A DNA stretch of 64,000 nt, taken from the IMG/VR virus record IMGVR_UViG_3300007770_001284, positions 190,744-254,743 of that record; one strand, given 5' to 3'. Positions 27,837-36,116 of this stretch are shown here, in pieces. How positions within the stretch are numbered: the first letter of the stretch is position 1; each line of letters begins with the position of its first letter. The translations under genes and the position numbers were made by a program. The notes beneath the pieces are model-generated. The model was not told where the DNA came from and searched no databases. It saw only the letters and a list, made by a program, of their open reading frames with translations.

Positions 27837-29416
27837 TTGATGAGTCTCCAAAATTAATCAGCTTTTCCGATGACGCCCGCGAAAAAGTAAAAGTGGGAGT
27901 TGATACCCTCAACTCTGCTGTCGAGGTTACAATGGGCCCAAGCGGAAAAAACGTCCTAATTGAAAGAGACGGTATGTCTCCTATTTTAACAAAGGATGGG
28001 GTCACCGTAGCAAGAGCAGTTCATCTTCGCGATCGATTTGCCAATATGGGTGTACATCTTGTACGAGAAGCAGCTCAAAGAACTGCTGAAGAGGCAGGAG
28101 ATGGCACTACAACAGCCACTATTTTGGCATCTGCAATCTTCCACGAAGGGCTAAAGGCCCTTAATGCTGGTCATGAATTAAACGATATTAGAAGCGGTAT
28201 CAGGTCTGCGACGTTAACGCTTATCGAGAAGCTCCAAAGCAAGTCAAGTCCCGTAAAGTCTGATAAAGATCTGTTAAGAGTCGCAAATATATCTGTTAAT
28301 GGAGAAGAGGACCTTGCTGAATTGATCGTAGACGCGTTGAAAGCTGTCGGTGAAACAGGTAGCGTGACAGTCGATGAAGCAAAAGGCTTTGAGTCGTCTT
28401 TGGAGGTTGTTGATGGGTGTGAAATTGATCGTGGTTATGTGTCACCATACTTTATAAACCGACCAGCGAGAATGTGTTGTGAACTTGAGAATCCTGCAAT
28501 TTTAATTACAACACAAAAAGTCCACCTGTTGAGTCATATTATGCATTTTTTAGAAGAATCGGCTTCAACAGGTAGACCGCTTGTATTAATATCACCAGAA
28601 GTAACTGGCGAAGCGCTTCAAGCATTAATTCTAAATCATTCAAAAAACTTAATCAAGACATGCGTTCTTGCTGCTCCTGAATTTGGAGATGCAAGGATAG
28701 AGGCATTGAGAGATTTAGCGGTTTTATTTGGCTGCGAGATGTTAACAGACGAACCATCGACTTGGACGAACTATGGTTTAGGGGACATGGGTCGGTGTGA
28801 TAGGTTGTTGGCGTATAGGTTTCGAAGCATTTTTATCGGAGCAGCAGGTGATGAGACAACTCGCTCTGAAAGAATTGACGATATTGTGGCTGCAAAAGAA
28901 AGCCAGCAAGAAAGCAATGAAATATACGCAGTTCTCGATCGTCGAATTCGGAGGATGAGTAGCGGTATCGGAATTTTACGAGTTGGCGGCGCGACAGAAG
29001 CAGAAATTCGTGAACGTAAAGACAGGGTTGACGATGCCATTTACGCGACTAGAGCAGCGATAGAGGAAGGAATTATCCCAGGTGGTGGAGCAGTTTTAGC
29101 AAGGATTGCTTCAGATATTTTAGAGCCTGAATCGGGGATAGGCGAGAAAATTTTATACAAGTCTGCAACGGCGCCGCTTAAACAAATTGCGAAGAATTGT
29201 GGTGCTGTGCCTGAGGTAATTTTAGAGAAAATGCTTGAAAAACCCTCATCTTTTGGCTACAATGGTATATCTAATGAGGTGTGTAACCTTATGAAGGTAG
29301 GAATTGTGGATCCTGTGAAGGTTACTCGTTTGGCTCTTACAAATGCGTCCAGTGTTGCGATTAACCTGTTATCAATTGGTTGTGCAATGGTAAACGAAGA
29401 GGATAACAACGATTGA
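27833..29416 (+). CDS. groEL: Chaperonin GroEL homolog
   Basis: TMGPSGKNV, TKDGVTVA, AGDGTTT, RGYVSPYF, VGGATE, GIIPGGG; no GGM tail. Confidence 0.93.
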   Translation: MIDESPKLISFSDDAREKVKVGVDTLNSAVEVTMGPSGKNVLIERDGMSPILTKDGVTVARAVHLRDRFANMGVHLVREAAQRTAEEAGDGTTTATILASAIFHEGLKALNAGHELNDIRSGIRSATLTLIEKLQSKSSPVKSDKDLLRVANISVNGEEDLAELIVDALKAVGETGSVTVDEAKGFESSLEVVDGCEIDRGYVSPYFINRPARMCCELENPAILITTQKVHLLSHIMHFLEESASTGRPLVLISPEVTGEALQALILNHSKNLIKTCVLAAPEFGDARIEALRDLAVLFGCEMLTDEPSTWTNYGLGDMGRCDRLLAYRFRSIFIGAAGDETTRSERIDDIVAAKESQQESNEIYAVLDRRIRRMSSGIGILRVGGATEAEIRERKDRVDDAIYATRAAIEEGIIPGGGAVLARIASDILEPESGIGEKILYKSATAPLKQIAKNCGAVPEVILEKMLEKPSSFGYNGISNEVCNLMKVGIVDPVKVTRLALTNASSVAINLLSIGCAMVNEEDNND

Positions 29417-29667
29417 TGGCTCAAAGAAGACAAACACGTCAGCCCTTTAGGAAAGTAGATATGCAAAATATCCAATATATGTCCGACTCTAAAGTCGAAA
29501 TGTTACTGGAGCGATACAGACAAAAGAGGCGGTATAGTCCTCCTGAATTTTATAAGAGCTATGAAGAAGAAATATGTTATTTATTTCGAGAAGCGGAGTG
29601 TCGAAAAAATAGGAAAATTGCTCATCAAAATTATTTGAGAAAAAAGACAAGATATCGTGCAAAGTAA
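29413..29667 (+). CDS. Basic hypothetical protein
   Basis: Coupled ORF. Confidence 0.5.
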   Translation: MMAQRRQTRQPFRKVDMQNIQYMSDSKVEMLLERYRQKRRYSPPEFYKSYEEEICYLFREAECRKNRKIAHQNYLRKKTRYRAK

Positions 29668-29686
29668 CGTACATATGGTGTATAAT
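29657..29686 (+). promoter_or_regulatory. Sigma70-like promoter GTGCAA-N18-TATAAT
   Basis: Upstream of the sigma-factor gene. Confidence 0.5.
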
Positions 29687-29752
29687 ATTAATGATGGATG
29701 GGGAAATACCTCTATCTGTGACTAACCTAATTTACTCGGGGCTATAAAACAT

Positions 29753-30508
29753 ATGATGCTAGACCATTACTTTAAGGATGTGGGAAGCCATGATCTTCTC
29801 ACGAGAGAAGAAGAAGTAGAGCTTGCAAAAGCAATTGAACTGGGTGACCAGTCTGCTAGAGAAAAGATGATTCAGTCGAATCTTCGTCTTGCGATCTCTA
29901 TTGCAAAGAAATTCCGTGACCGCGGATGTTCGTTTGAAGACTTGATTCAAGAATCGAATATTGGCTTGATTAGAGCGGTCGATCGTTTTGACTGGCGTAG
30001 GGGTTTCAAGTTCAGTACATATGCTGTGTGGTGGATTCGTCAAGCCGTGCAATCTCACGTTGCTGGCCAGTCTGGCGCAATTAAGATGCCAACTTCTGCT
30101 CGAGCGCTAATGTACAGAGCGTACAAATTCACGGAAGAATATACCGAAGAGTTTAAATGCGAGCCCTCTCCTGAAGAAGTCGCCGCGGCAGTTGGTGTTC
30201 CGGTTCAGACTCTAAAGGCAATCAGAAAGTCAGGAGCACCTCAACTATCACTGGACGCCCCGGTAGGGAAAAACGATTCGGGGAGTCGAACATTCGCTGA
30301 GCTTGTTGGAGGCACGGACGATCGTGATCCGGGCGATAGTCTGGATCGTATTGTTCTTCGGGGTGCTCTAGTTGGCGCTCTTAAGAAGCTATCTTCTCGA
30401 GAAGAAAAGATTATTCGTCTTCGATTTGGGTTGTCTGAAGATGACCATGATTCTGAGAATTTTCCAATTTCAAAAGCTGATTTTTTGAAGCTACAAGGGA
30501 GTAAGTAA
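29753..30508 (+). CDS. RpoD/RpoS-like sigma70 factor lacking region 4.2
   Basis: [56 protein letters not shown], then stop 24 aa later. Confidence 0.9.
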   Translation: MMLDHYFKDVGSHDLLTREEEVELAKAIELGDQSAREKMIQSNLRLAISIAKKFRDRGCSFEDLIQESNIGLIRAVDRFDWRRGFKFSTYAVWWIRQAVQSHVAGQSGAIKMPTSARALMYRAYKFTEEYTEEFKCEPSPEEVAAAVGVPVQTLKAIRKSGAPQLSLDAPVGKNDSGSRTFAELVGGTDDRDPGDSLDRIVLRGALVGALKKLSSREEKIIRLRFGLSEDDHDSENFPISKADFLKLQGSK

Positions 30509-30786
30509 TGAGTATGCCAAAGGGATTCAAAGCCACACACGGCTACGCAACAGTAACTGAGCGGGGTGGCAAGGGCTATCGTGAAATTGCTGAAATTATG
30601 ACAGAGCATGGCGATTCCATGAAGCACTCTGCTGCTAGAAACTATTTCTTAAGCGGAATGCGAAAGGTTGCGTCTGTCGTATGCGAGCTTTACGAAATGC
30701 CAAATGACGAGATTGAGCGGATCGCTCTTGATCCAAGGTTCCAGGAAAGCGTAGCAGACATTATGTCAGAGGGAATTGATTTGTGA
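30508..30786 (+). CDS. Small HTH-like protein, possible detached sigma region 4.2
   Basis: GYREIAEIM...SAARNYFLSGMRKV; TAATG coupling with its own AGGGAG SD. Confidence 0.5.
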   Translation: MSMPKGFKATHGYATVTERGGKGYREIAEIMTEHGDSMKHSAARNYFLSGMRKVASVVCELYEMPNDEIERIALDPRFQESVADIMSEGIDL

Positions 30787-31109
30787 GCCTGCGTTTATTC
30801 ATAGAGCAATTTCAGTCCTTGAGAGAAAGGACTGAATTGCTTGAAGCGCTTGAGTGGGATGAAGAGCTATTAAACGAATTTTTAAATGAGCTAAGAGCAA
30901 TGTTGTCCGCAGCCCCACCAGATCTAGGGAAAGCTTTGTTTTGGCTTAAGAACACTGGGTGGGAATGCTTCGATGGGAATCTAATGCCCGAAAACGTTTT
31001 TCGTACTGTTGAAATACTTATTTGTAATGCAAGAGATAGAATGCTAGCTGAAGAAGCTGCCAGAAAACGATATTATAGTTCAGGTAATGATGATGACAAA
31101 TGGAATTAG
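30783..31109 (+). CDS. Hypothetical protein
   Basis: Coupled ORF. Confidence 0.55.
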   Translation: MSLRLFIEQFQSLRERTELLEALEWDEELLNEFLNELRAMLSAAPPDLGKALFWLKNTGWECFDGNLMPENVFRTVEILICNARDRMLAEEAARKRYYSSGNDDDKWN

Positions 31110-31455
31110 AAAACGCTCATTTGAAAGCTGGATCCACCGCCGACAGATAAATTTAGGCGAATGGTTAAAAAACAAACAGATTACTAGCTTGAGCCATCTC
31201 AAAAAGTGGTGCAATGAGAATAATCTGGTTCCCCCCAAGACCTCAGACGTATCTTCATTGTTTATAGACACCTCTATAGCAGAAAAAGAACACACCGCTC
31301 CCGACAAGCCTGTACCCTCGTTGTCTTCTGAAGAAGTAAAGTCAAAACAAGCAGAGAAGACTTCTTCTAAGAAAGAAGCGTGGCATACTCCTGCCGCCGA
31401 GCGCCCACGTCGAGCGAAGAAAAAGAGAGTAACCAATGATTCCAAAAAGCGTTAG
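31087..31455 (+). CDS. Hypothetical protein with basic C-terminus
   Basis: Coupled ORF. Confidence 0.55.
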   Translation: MMMTNGIRKRSFESWIHRRQINLGEWLKNKQITSLSHLKKWCNENNLVPPKTSDVSSLFIDTSIAEKEHTAPDKPVPSLSSEEVKSKQAEKTSSKKEAWHTPAAERPRRAKKKRVTNDSKKR

Positions 31456-31612
31456 AGGACGTATATTTGTTGTATTGACGTTTTTAAATTTTGGAATTGC
31501 TGCATTTTTTGCTGCGCTAGGAGAAGCGCAACAAACGCTGTTCAGCGGTGTTACTGCAACTTTGTGCTTTTTTGTTTGGTGGGCTGAAATTATTAGGCAA
31601 GATAGGGACTAA
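31436..31612 (+). CDS. Small two-TM protein (58 aa, not in the ORF track)
   Basis: MIPKSVRGRIFVVLTFLNFGIAAFF...; fills the gap before def. Confidence 0.5.
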   Translation: MIPKSVRGRIFVVLTFLNFGIAAFFAALGEAQQTLFSGVTATLCFFVWWAEIIRQDRD

Positions 31613-31614
31613 CG

Positions 31615-32262
31615 ATGTATAAAAGTATTGTTACATGGCCGAATAAGACGTTGTCTAAAGTGTGTTCACCAATTACAACGGGAGAAGATTCATATCAATT
31701 CCTTGATGATCTAAAAGACACATTTCGAGTGCTCCAGGGATACGGTCTTGCAGCGCCCCAAATTGGATATTCGGTAAGCGCATTTGTTATAAACCCACAA
31801 TTGCTTGAAATAGAGGACCATGAAGAAGAAGTTTTGGAAGTGATTAATCCCTCCATATCATGTAGCGGTGAGATTGTTCGCGTTGAAGAATCGTGTTTCT
31901 CTATTCCAGAAATTTCTGCTTACGTTCCTCGTTATGAAAAATGTGTATTAACTTTTTGTGATCGTGAGGGAAACCCTAGAGAATTAAATTTGTTTGGGTT
32001 CCCAGCAGCATGTGTTCAGCATGAATTTGATCACCTGACAGGCCAGGTTTTTTTAAATCGACTTTCTAGATTAAAGCGATCAATGCTCATTAAGAAGGTA
32101 AAGAAGACTAGAAAGCGTGATAGGGAGCTCGCGGCGCTGGTGAAAGCGCAGTTTGAGCAAGACAGCGAGCTTTATAACGGCAAATCAAGCAAGTCCTCAC
32201 CGCAAAAAACAGGACGTAGTCGTAAGAAAAAAATACGCAAGAAGCGAAATAAACGAAAGTAA
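31615..32262 (+). CDS. def: Peptide deformylase with K/R-rich tail
   Basis: GLAAPQIG, EESCFS, QHEFDHL. Confidence 0.9.
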   Translation: MYKSIVTWPNKTLSKVCSPITTGEDSYQFLDDLKDTFRVLQGYGLAAPQIGYSVSAFVINPQLLEIEDHEEEVLEVINPSISCSGEIVRVEESCFSIPEISAYVPRYEKCVLTFCDREGNPRELNLFGFPAACVQHEFDHLTGQVFLNRLSRLKRSMLIKKVKKTRKRDRELAALVKAQFEQDSELYNGKSSKSSPQKTGRSRKKKIRKKRNKRK

Positions 32263-32338
32263 TTCCGAGTGTGTGAGTACACCAGCGGGCTTGTTTTTAT
32301 ATTTACTTGATGTAACAAAAAAGGTGTTGGGAGAAAAA

Positions 32339-32578
32339 ATGCCAAGCATTAAACTACGAAAAGGTCAATCAGTTATTCGTTCTGTTAAGGGAGCCCGCGG
32401 TTTCTGTTATCCCGCTAGTTCTGTCGATGGTAAGCTTATTGTCGAAAAAAATTGCACTGCCGAAAAAATGATGTGGAAGGATCACCTTGGTCTGAATGCA
32501 TATGCTGTCACCACATCAGCTTTCAGGATGGAAGATCGCTATCCAGGTCACGCTTCGAAGATGGTTGTCTGGAAGTGA
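32339..32578 (+). CDS. Hypothetical protein
   Basis: GGGAG SD then MPSIKLRKG. Confidence 0.55.
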   Translation: MPSIKLRKGQSVIRSVKGARGFCYPASSVDGKLIVEKNCTAEKMMWKDHLGLNAYAVTTSAFRMEDRYPGHASKMVVWK

Positions 32579-32603
32579 AAAGCTGCTGAGTTTTTGGTAT
32601 AAT
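32575..32603 (+). promoter_or_regulatory. Sigma70-like promoter GTGAAA-N17-TATAAT (extended -10 TG)
   Basis: Upstream of 32622. Confidence 0.6.
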
Positions 32604-32621
32604 ATATCAAAAGGATTTTAA

Positions 32622-32966
32622 GTGGCAAAGAAAGTAAAAAGGCGCTCTAGAACCAGAAAAGGTGTTTCGAAAAGCTGGGGTCGTACAGCTGATGCACAGA
32701 TAAATTACACACCAATGAAGTTAGCGATTCCTTCTGGAAAGTGTCCGATTGTTTTAGCTGATACAAGCTACGAAGCAGTTCGGGAGTGGGTCATTGCGAT
32801 AACGTCAAGTAAGCCTGAACCTCACACATACCAGCTTAGCGTTTACAGGTACTGGGTCAGGGATTTCTATGATATTTTCTCTGAAGAGTATAAGACAGTT
32901 GTCTCTGAATTAGAGAAAATAGTAACTCGTGATATAAAGACTGTCGATGATTTGGGAGGGCAATAA
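32622..32966 (+). CDS. Hypothetical protein
   Basis: Basic N-terminus. Confidence 0.6.
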   Translation: MAKKVKRRSRTRKGVSKSWGRTADAQINYTPMKLAIPSGKCPIVLADTSYEAVREWVIAITSSKPEPHTYQLSVYRYWVRDFYDIFSEEYKTVVSELEKIVTRDIKTVDDLGGQ

Positions 32967-32974
32967 AATGCCGA

Positions 32975-33331
32975 GTGTATTATCGAGCTAAGGAATTGGC
33001 TGTGGCGAATGGACGATCTTATCATTTGGCTGCAATTCTTCGCCGGAACGGTAGGGTCGTTCGCATTGGGGAGAACACCGACAAGACACATCCTCGTTTT
33101 AAGAGGCAATACGCTGACGGAACTTGGGCTTCTCACATGCATGCGGAAATGAACGTTCTTCGTTTTGCCGAGCCTGGTGACGAGCTGGAAGTGATGCGCT
33201 TTAAGAAGTGTGACCACGGTCGGACAATGGCAAAGCCTTGTCAGCTCTGTGTTTCTGAGATTCAAAAAGCTGGTATTAAAAAGGTGAAGTTTACCAATTG
33301 GGACGGTGAGTGGGAGGAACTTGAGTTGTGA
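32975..33331 (+). CDS. Zn-dependent deaminase-fold protein
   Basis: HAEMNVL and KPCQLC. Confidence 0.8.
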   Translation: MYYRAKELAVANGRSYHLAAILRRNGRVVRIGENTDKTHPRFKRQYADGTWASHMHAEMNVLRFAEPGDELEVMRFKKCDHGRTMAKPCQLCVSEIQKAGIKKVKFTNWDGEWEELEL

Positions 33332-33615
33332 TAAAAAAAGGTTCATTAGTTTCTCGAAAGCCCGATGGTTATTGCGCACATCTTCGTGGAGATATTTTTA
33401 AAAATGATTATCCGCCCGCTGGAGAAGTGTGTATTGTGGTTTCGACGCCCAAAGAGAAAGACCTTTCATATCAGTTGCGACGAGTCAGCGAAGATTATAT
33501 TGCTCTGAAAAAAGCTATTGATGTTATTTATTGTGGAGCACTTTTTGAATTGTGTGACATGGCACTCTTTGAAGAAGTTAAGCCTCCCCGTAGCGATGGA
33601 GCGGCTATAGAGTGA
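33328..33615 (+). CDS. Small hypothetical protein
   Basis: Coupled ORF; IKKGSLV start. Confidence 0.55.
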   Translation: MIKKGSLVSRKPDGYCAHLRGDIFKNDYPPAGEVCIVVSTPKEKDLSYQLRRVSEDYIALKKAIDVIYCGALFELCDMALFEEVKPPRSDGAAIE

Positions 33616-33815
33616 AGGGTCGTGTTTTGGAAATTCTAGACGTATTAAGTCAGCTACCGCTACCCAGCCTTTATCCCCCTCCAGGAGCTCGTGTTTTATG
33701 TATAAAAGAAGACCCTGGTTTAGATGTTGGAGAACCGTGGTACGAAGTGCTGTATGAAAACAAAGTTTATAAAGTTGACAAATATATGGTCGCAGAATGC
33801 AAGCACCGAAAATAG
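33612..33815 (+). CDS. Small hypothetical protein
   Basis: Coupled ORF. Confidence 0.5.
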   Translation: MKGRVLEILDVLSQLPLPSLYPPPGARVLCIKEDPGLDVGEPWYEVLYENKVYKVDKYMVAECKHRK

Positions 33816-33985
33816 AAGTAGGGGACTTAGTTCTTCTTAAAAATGGACTAACTGCGATGATTTTAGAAGAGCACCTGGGCCCGCCTGCTCTTGGGGTATT
33901 TTATACTATTCTTGTAGATTCGCAAAAGAAAGAGATACCAGGCTTTGAAATAAAGCGGGTTGTTGTTCAAAATGAGGAAAAATGA
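33797..33985 (+). CDS. Small hypothetical protein
   Basis: IEVGDLVLL start. Confidence 0.55.
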   Translation: MQAPKIEVGDLVLLKNGLTAMILEEHLGPPALGVFYTILVDSQKKEIPGFEIKRVVVQNEEK

Positions 33986-34323
33986 AGATTATCTACGCTG
34001 CAGCCATGTTCACTCTTCTCCACACGCTTGTATGGTTTGCGGCAAATACACAGTTTATTTCACCTGAGTGGAAAGAAAAATCTCTTCAGATAGCGATTTT
34101 AACAGCGGTTCCCGCATCGCTATGTGCTTATTACGGGGCGCGGTTTGCGTATACTGCGCTAAATGATAGCGTTTGGGCATCCAGGTTCTTGGCTTTTGGG
34201 ATTTCATATCTTGTGTTCCCCATCTTGACATACGCCCTTTTGGGGGAATCGATGCTTACTATGAAAACGATGCTTTGTGTTGGACTTTCTTTTACTATAA
34301 TCTTTATTCAAGTTTTTTTGTAA
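33982..34323 (+). CDS. Four-TM membrane protein
   Basis: Four hydrophobic segments. Confidence 0.6.
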   Translation: MKIIYAAAMFTLLHTLVWFAANTQFISPEWKEKSLQIAILTAVPASLCAYYGARFAYTALNDSVWASRFLAFGISYLVFPILTYALLGESMLTMKTMLCVGLSFTIIFIQVFL

Positions 34324-34347
34324 TAAGCTAATTTGCTATGTTGCACG

Positions 34348-34354
34348 ATATTTA
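34348..34354 (+). promoter_or_regulatory. Putative late-promoter motif ATATTTA
   Basis: 5 nt upstream of ATG 34360. Confidence 0.5.
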
Positions 34355-34359
34355 GTAAT

Positions 34360-34959
34360 ATGGAACAAGCGTTTTCGAGAGAAGATTACGAAGATGTTTA
34401 TGCGACTGCGAGGATGGCCCACATGGGTCAGAAGCGTCGCTCTGGAGCCCCGGGATTTTCTCACCCGAGCGCTGTACGTAATTTAGCAAGAAAATATTAC
34501 CCTAATGATAAGCAAGCACAGTTTGTTGCCTTGTTACACGATACGCTGGAAGACGCTCCGAAGGAAGGCACTGTCGGCTCTGAGGAAGAAATGAAGTCCT
34601 GGATTAGGGGAGCGTTCGGTGATCCAAGCGCTGCCGAAAAAATTCTTGCGACTGTGGAGGCTCTGACGCACTCGGCGGGAGTACGCTACGACGTTTATAT
34701 TTCCTCACTTTTGGGTGATGAACTGGCGCTTCGAGTTAAGCTTGTGGATATGCTTCATAATCTACGCACAAGCCCATCACCAAAGCAAGCACAGAAATAC
34801 AAGAATGCGCTAGAGGTTTTAACTGATCTTGCTGGTGGAAAACCTACCGGAATAAGCCGTGAACACTGGGGCGCTCTGCAAACTGCCCTGACCGCGGTGA
34901 CAGAAAGCAGAAAGAGGCAGATCGAAATTTCGTGCAAAATTCGATATGGTGTGGTATAA
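34360..34959 (+). CDS. HD-domain hydrolase, SpoT/Mesh1 (small alarmone hydrolase)-like
   Basis: AHMGQKRRSG, HP, ALLHDTLED, VEALTH, VKLVDMLHNL. Confidence 0.8.
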   Translation: MEQAFSREDYEDVYATARMAHMGQKRRSGAPGFSHPSAVRNLARKYYPNDKQAQFVALLHDTLEDAPKEGTVGSEEEMKSWIRGAFGDPSAAEKILATVEALTHSAGVRYDVYISSLLGDELALRVKLVDMLHNLRTSPSPKQAQKYKNALEVLTDLAGGKPTGISREHWGALQTALTAVTESRKRQIEISCKIRYGVV

Positions 34960-34960
34960 T
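34932..34960 (+). promoter_or_regulatory. Sigma70-like promoter GTGCAA-N17-TATAAT (extended -10 TG)
   Basis: Upstream of AAGGAG SD and ATG 34982. Confidence 0.6.
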
Positions 34961-34981
34961 AATAATGTAAAAGGAGCTGGG

Positions 34982-35167
34982 ATGCTTTGGAAGTTTACGA
35001 AGGGTCCACATAAGGGATCGACTGCTTTGGCGGTCGAAACATCGAAGCTAAAGACTGCTTCTCACTCTGAAGATAAAGACTTCGTTACTTTGTATGTTGA
35101 TGGAAAGATGATCTCATTCCTGAGAGAAGCACTGGAACAAATTGCTGTTTATGTCGATGAGCAATAG
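34982..35167 (+). CDS. Small hypothetical protein
   Basis: SD and promoter present. Confidence 0.55.
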   Translation: MLWKFTKGPHKGSTALAVETSKLKTASHSEDKDFVTLYVDGKMISFLREALEQIAVYVDEQ

Positions 35168-35168
35168 A

Positions 35169-36050
35169 TTATTTTTTGCTTCTTCCAAATAAGCGGCCTC
35201 TTTCTTTTTTCGTTCCACCACCACGTTGTTCCAGTTCCGTTTCGATCCATTTTTTACCAATCGGATTTTTAATAGGTCGATTGACAAATCCACCCACCGC
35301 TTTCTGTACTGCTTCGTCGACAGGGCCGTACACTGTGTTGTCAACAATCGAAATGTTTCCCTGTCCAAATAATCCTTGGAATGCGCCAAGGTTTGCTTGA
35401 ACGTCTGTCCAGATTTCTTCAACTTTTTTCGGCGGCAGCTTTCTTGGTCGGTTCATATTTCTTTCTTGCGCAACCTCAAGCGTTGTGTTGACAAAAATCA
35501 TGTAGGTATCATAGCCAAGTTTTTCCATGGCCTCTTTTTTCTTTTCAATTTTGGCTAGATCATCACCGGTTCCATCGATAATAACACCGAGCCGTGCCGT
35601 TGACTTTGTGTATTGCTGCGTAGCTGCTGTCTTGTATTGTTTTGCTTTCCCTCGAGGTGAGCTGGCAGGTACACCACGTTCATCGTCAAGTCCTAGCTCA
35701 TAAGCTTTTTCGGGATCTTCTCTTGCAATTCTTGCAAGATCGCCTGGGTCGACACCTGCTTCTTCAAGATATTTTTCAAAAGCTGGATCAGAGTTAATAA
35801 TTTTAAGTCCCATGGCCGTCGAAGCCGACAATTCATTTGCGAGGCTTCCGCCAAAGAGCACTTTTGCCGTAAAGCTTTTTCCGCTTCCTGGACCGCCAGC
35901 CATAAAGACAGCTTTAAGAATTCCAGGATCGTAGATACCTTCGCTTAATAATTCTCTGATCGCTTCTCGGAGCGTGATCAGTTCATGCTTTGAAAGCTCT
36001 TCTCTAATAATATACTGTAATTGCTGTTTAGAGACATTTAGCTTTTTCAT
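35169..36050 (-). CDS. Zeta-toxin/AAA_33-like P-loop kinase with leader
   Basis: MAGGPGSGKS, INSD, IIDGTG, EVAQERN; leader KQQLQYIIREEL..LREAIRELLSE. Confidence 0.8.
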   Translation of the reverse strand: MKKLNVSKQQLQYIIREELSKHELITLREAIRELLSEGIYDPGILKAVFMAGGPGSGKSFTAKVLFGGSLANELSASTAMGLKIINSDPAFEKYLEEAGVDPGDLARIAREDPEKAYELGLDDERGVPASSPRGKAKQYKTAATQQYTKSTARLGVIIDGTGDDLAKIEKKKEAMEKLGYDTYMIFVNTTLEVAQERNMNRPRKLPPKKVEEIWTDVQANLGAFQGLFGQGNISIVDNTVYGPVDEAVQKAVGGFVNRPIKNPIGKKWIETELEQRGGGTKKERGRLFGRSKK

Positions 36051-36080
36051 TGCTATTCCATCGCACACATACGCTTTTCA

Positions 36081-36087
36081 TAAATAT
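36081..36087 (-). promoter_or_regulatory. Putative late-promoter motif ATATTTA
   Basis: TAAATAT on the + strand, upstream of the kinase gene. Confidence 0.55.
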
Positions 36088-36116
36088 GCGGTCCGGCCAG
36101 ATAAAAATGCTTAAGC

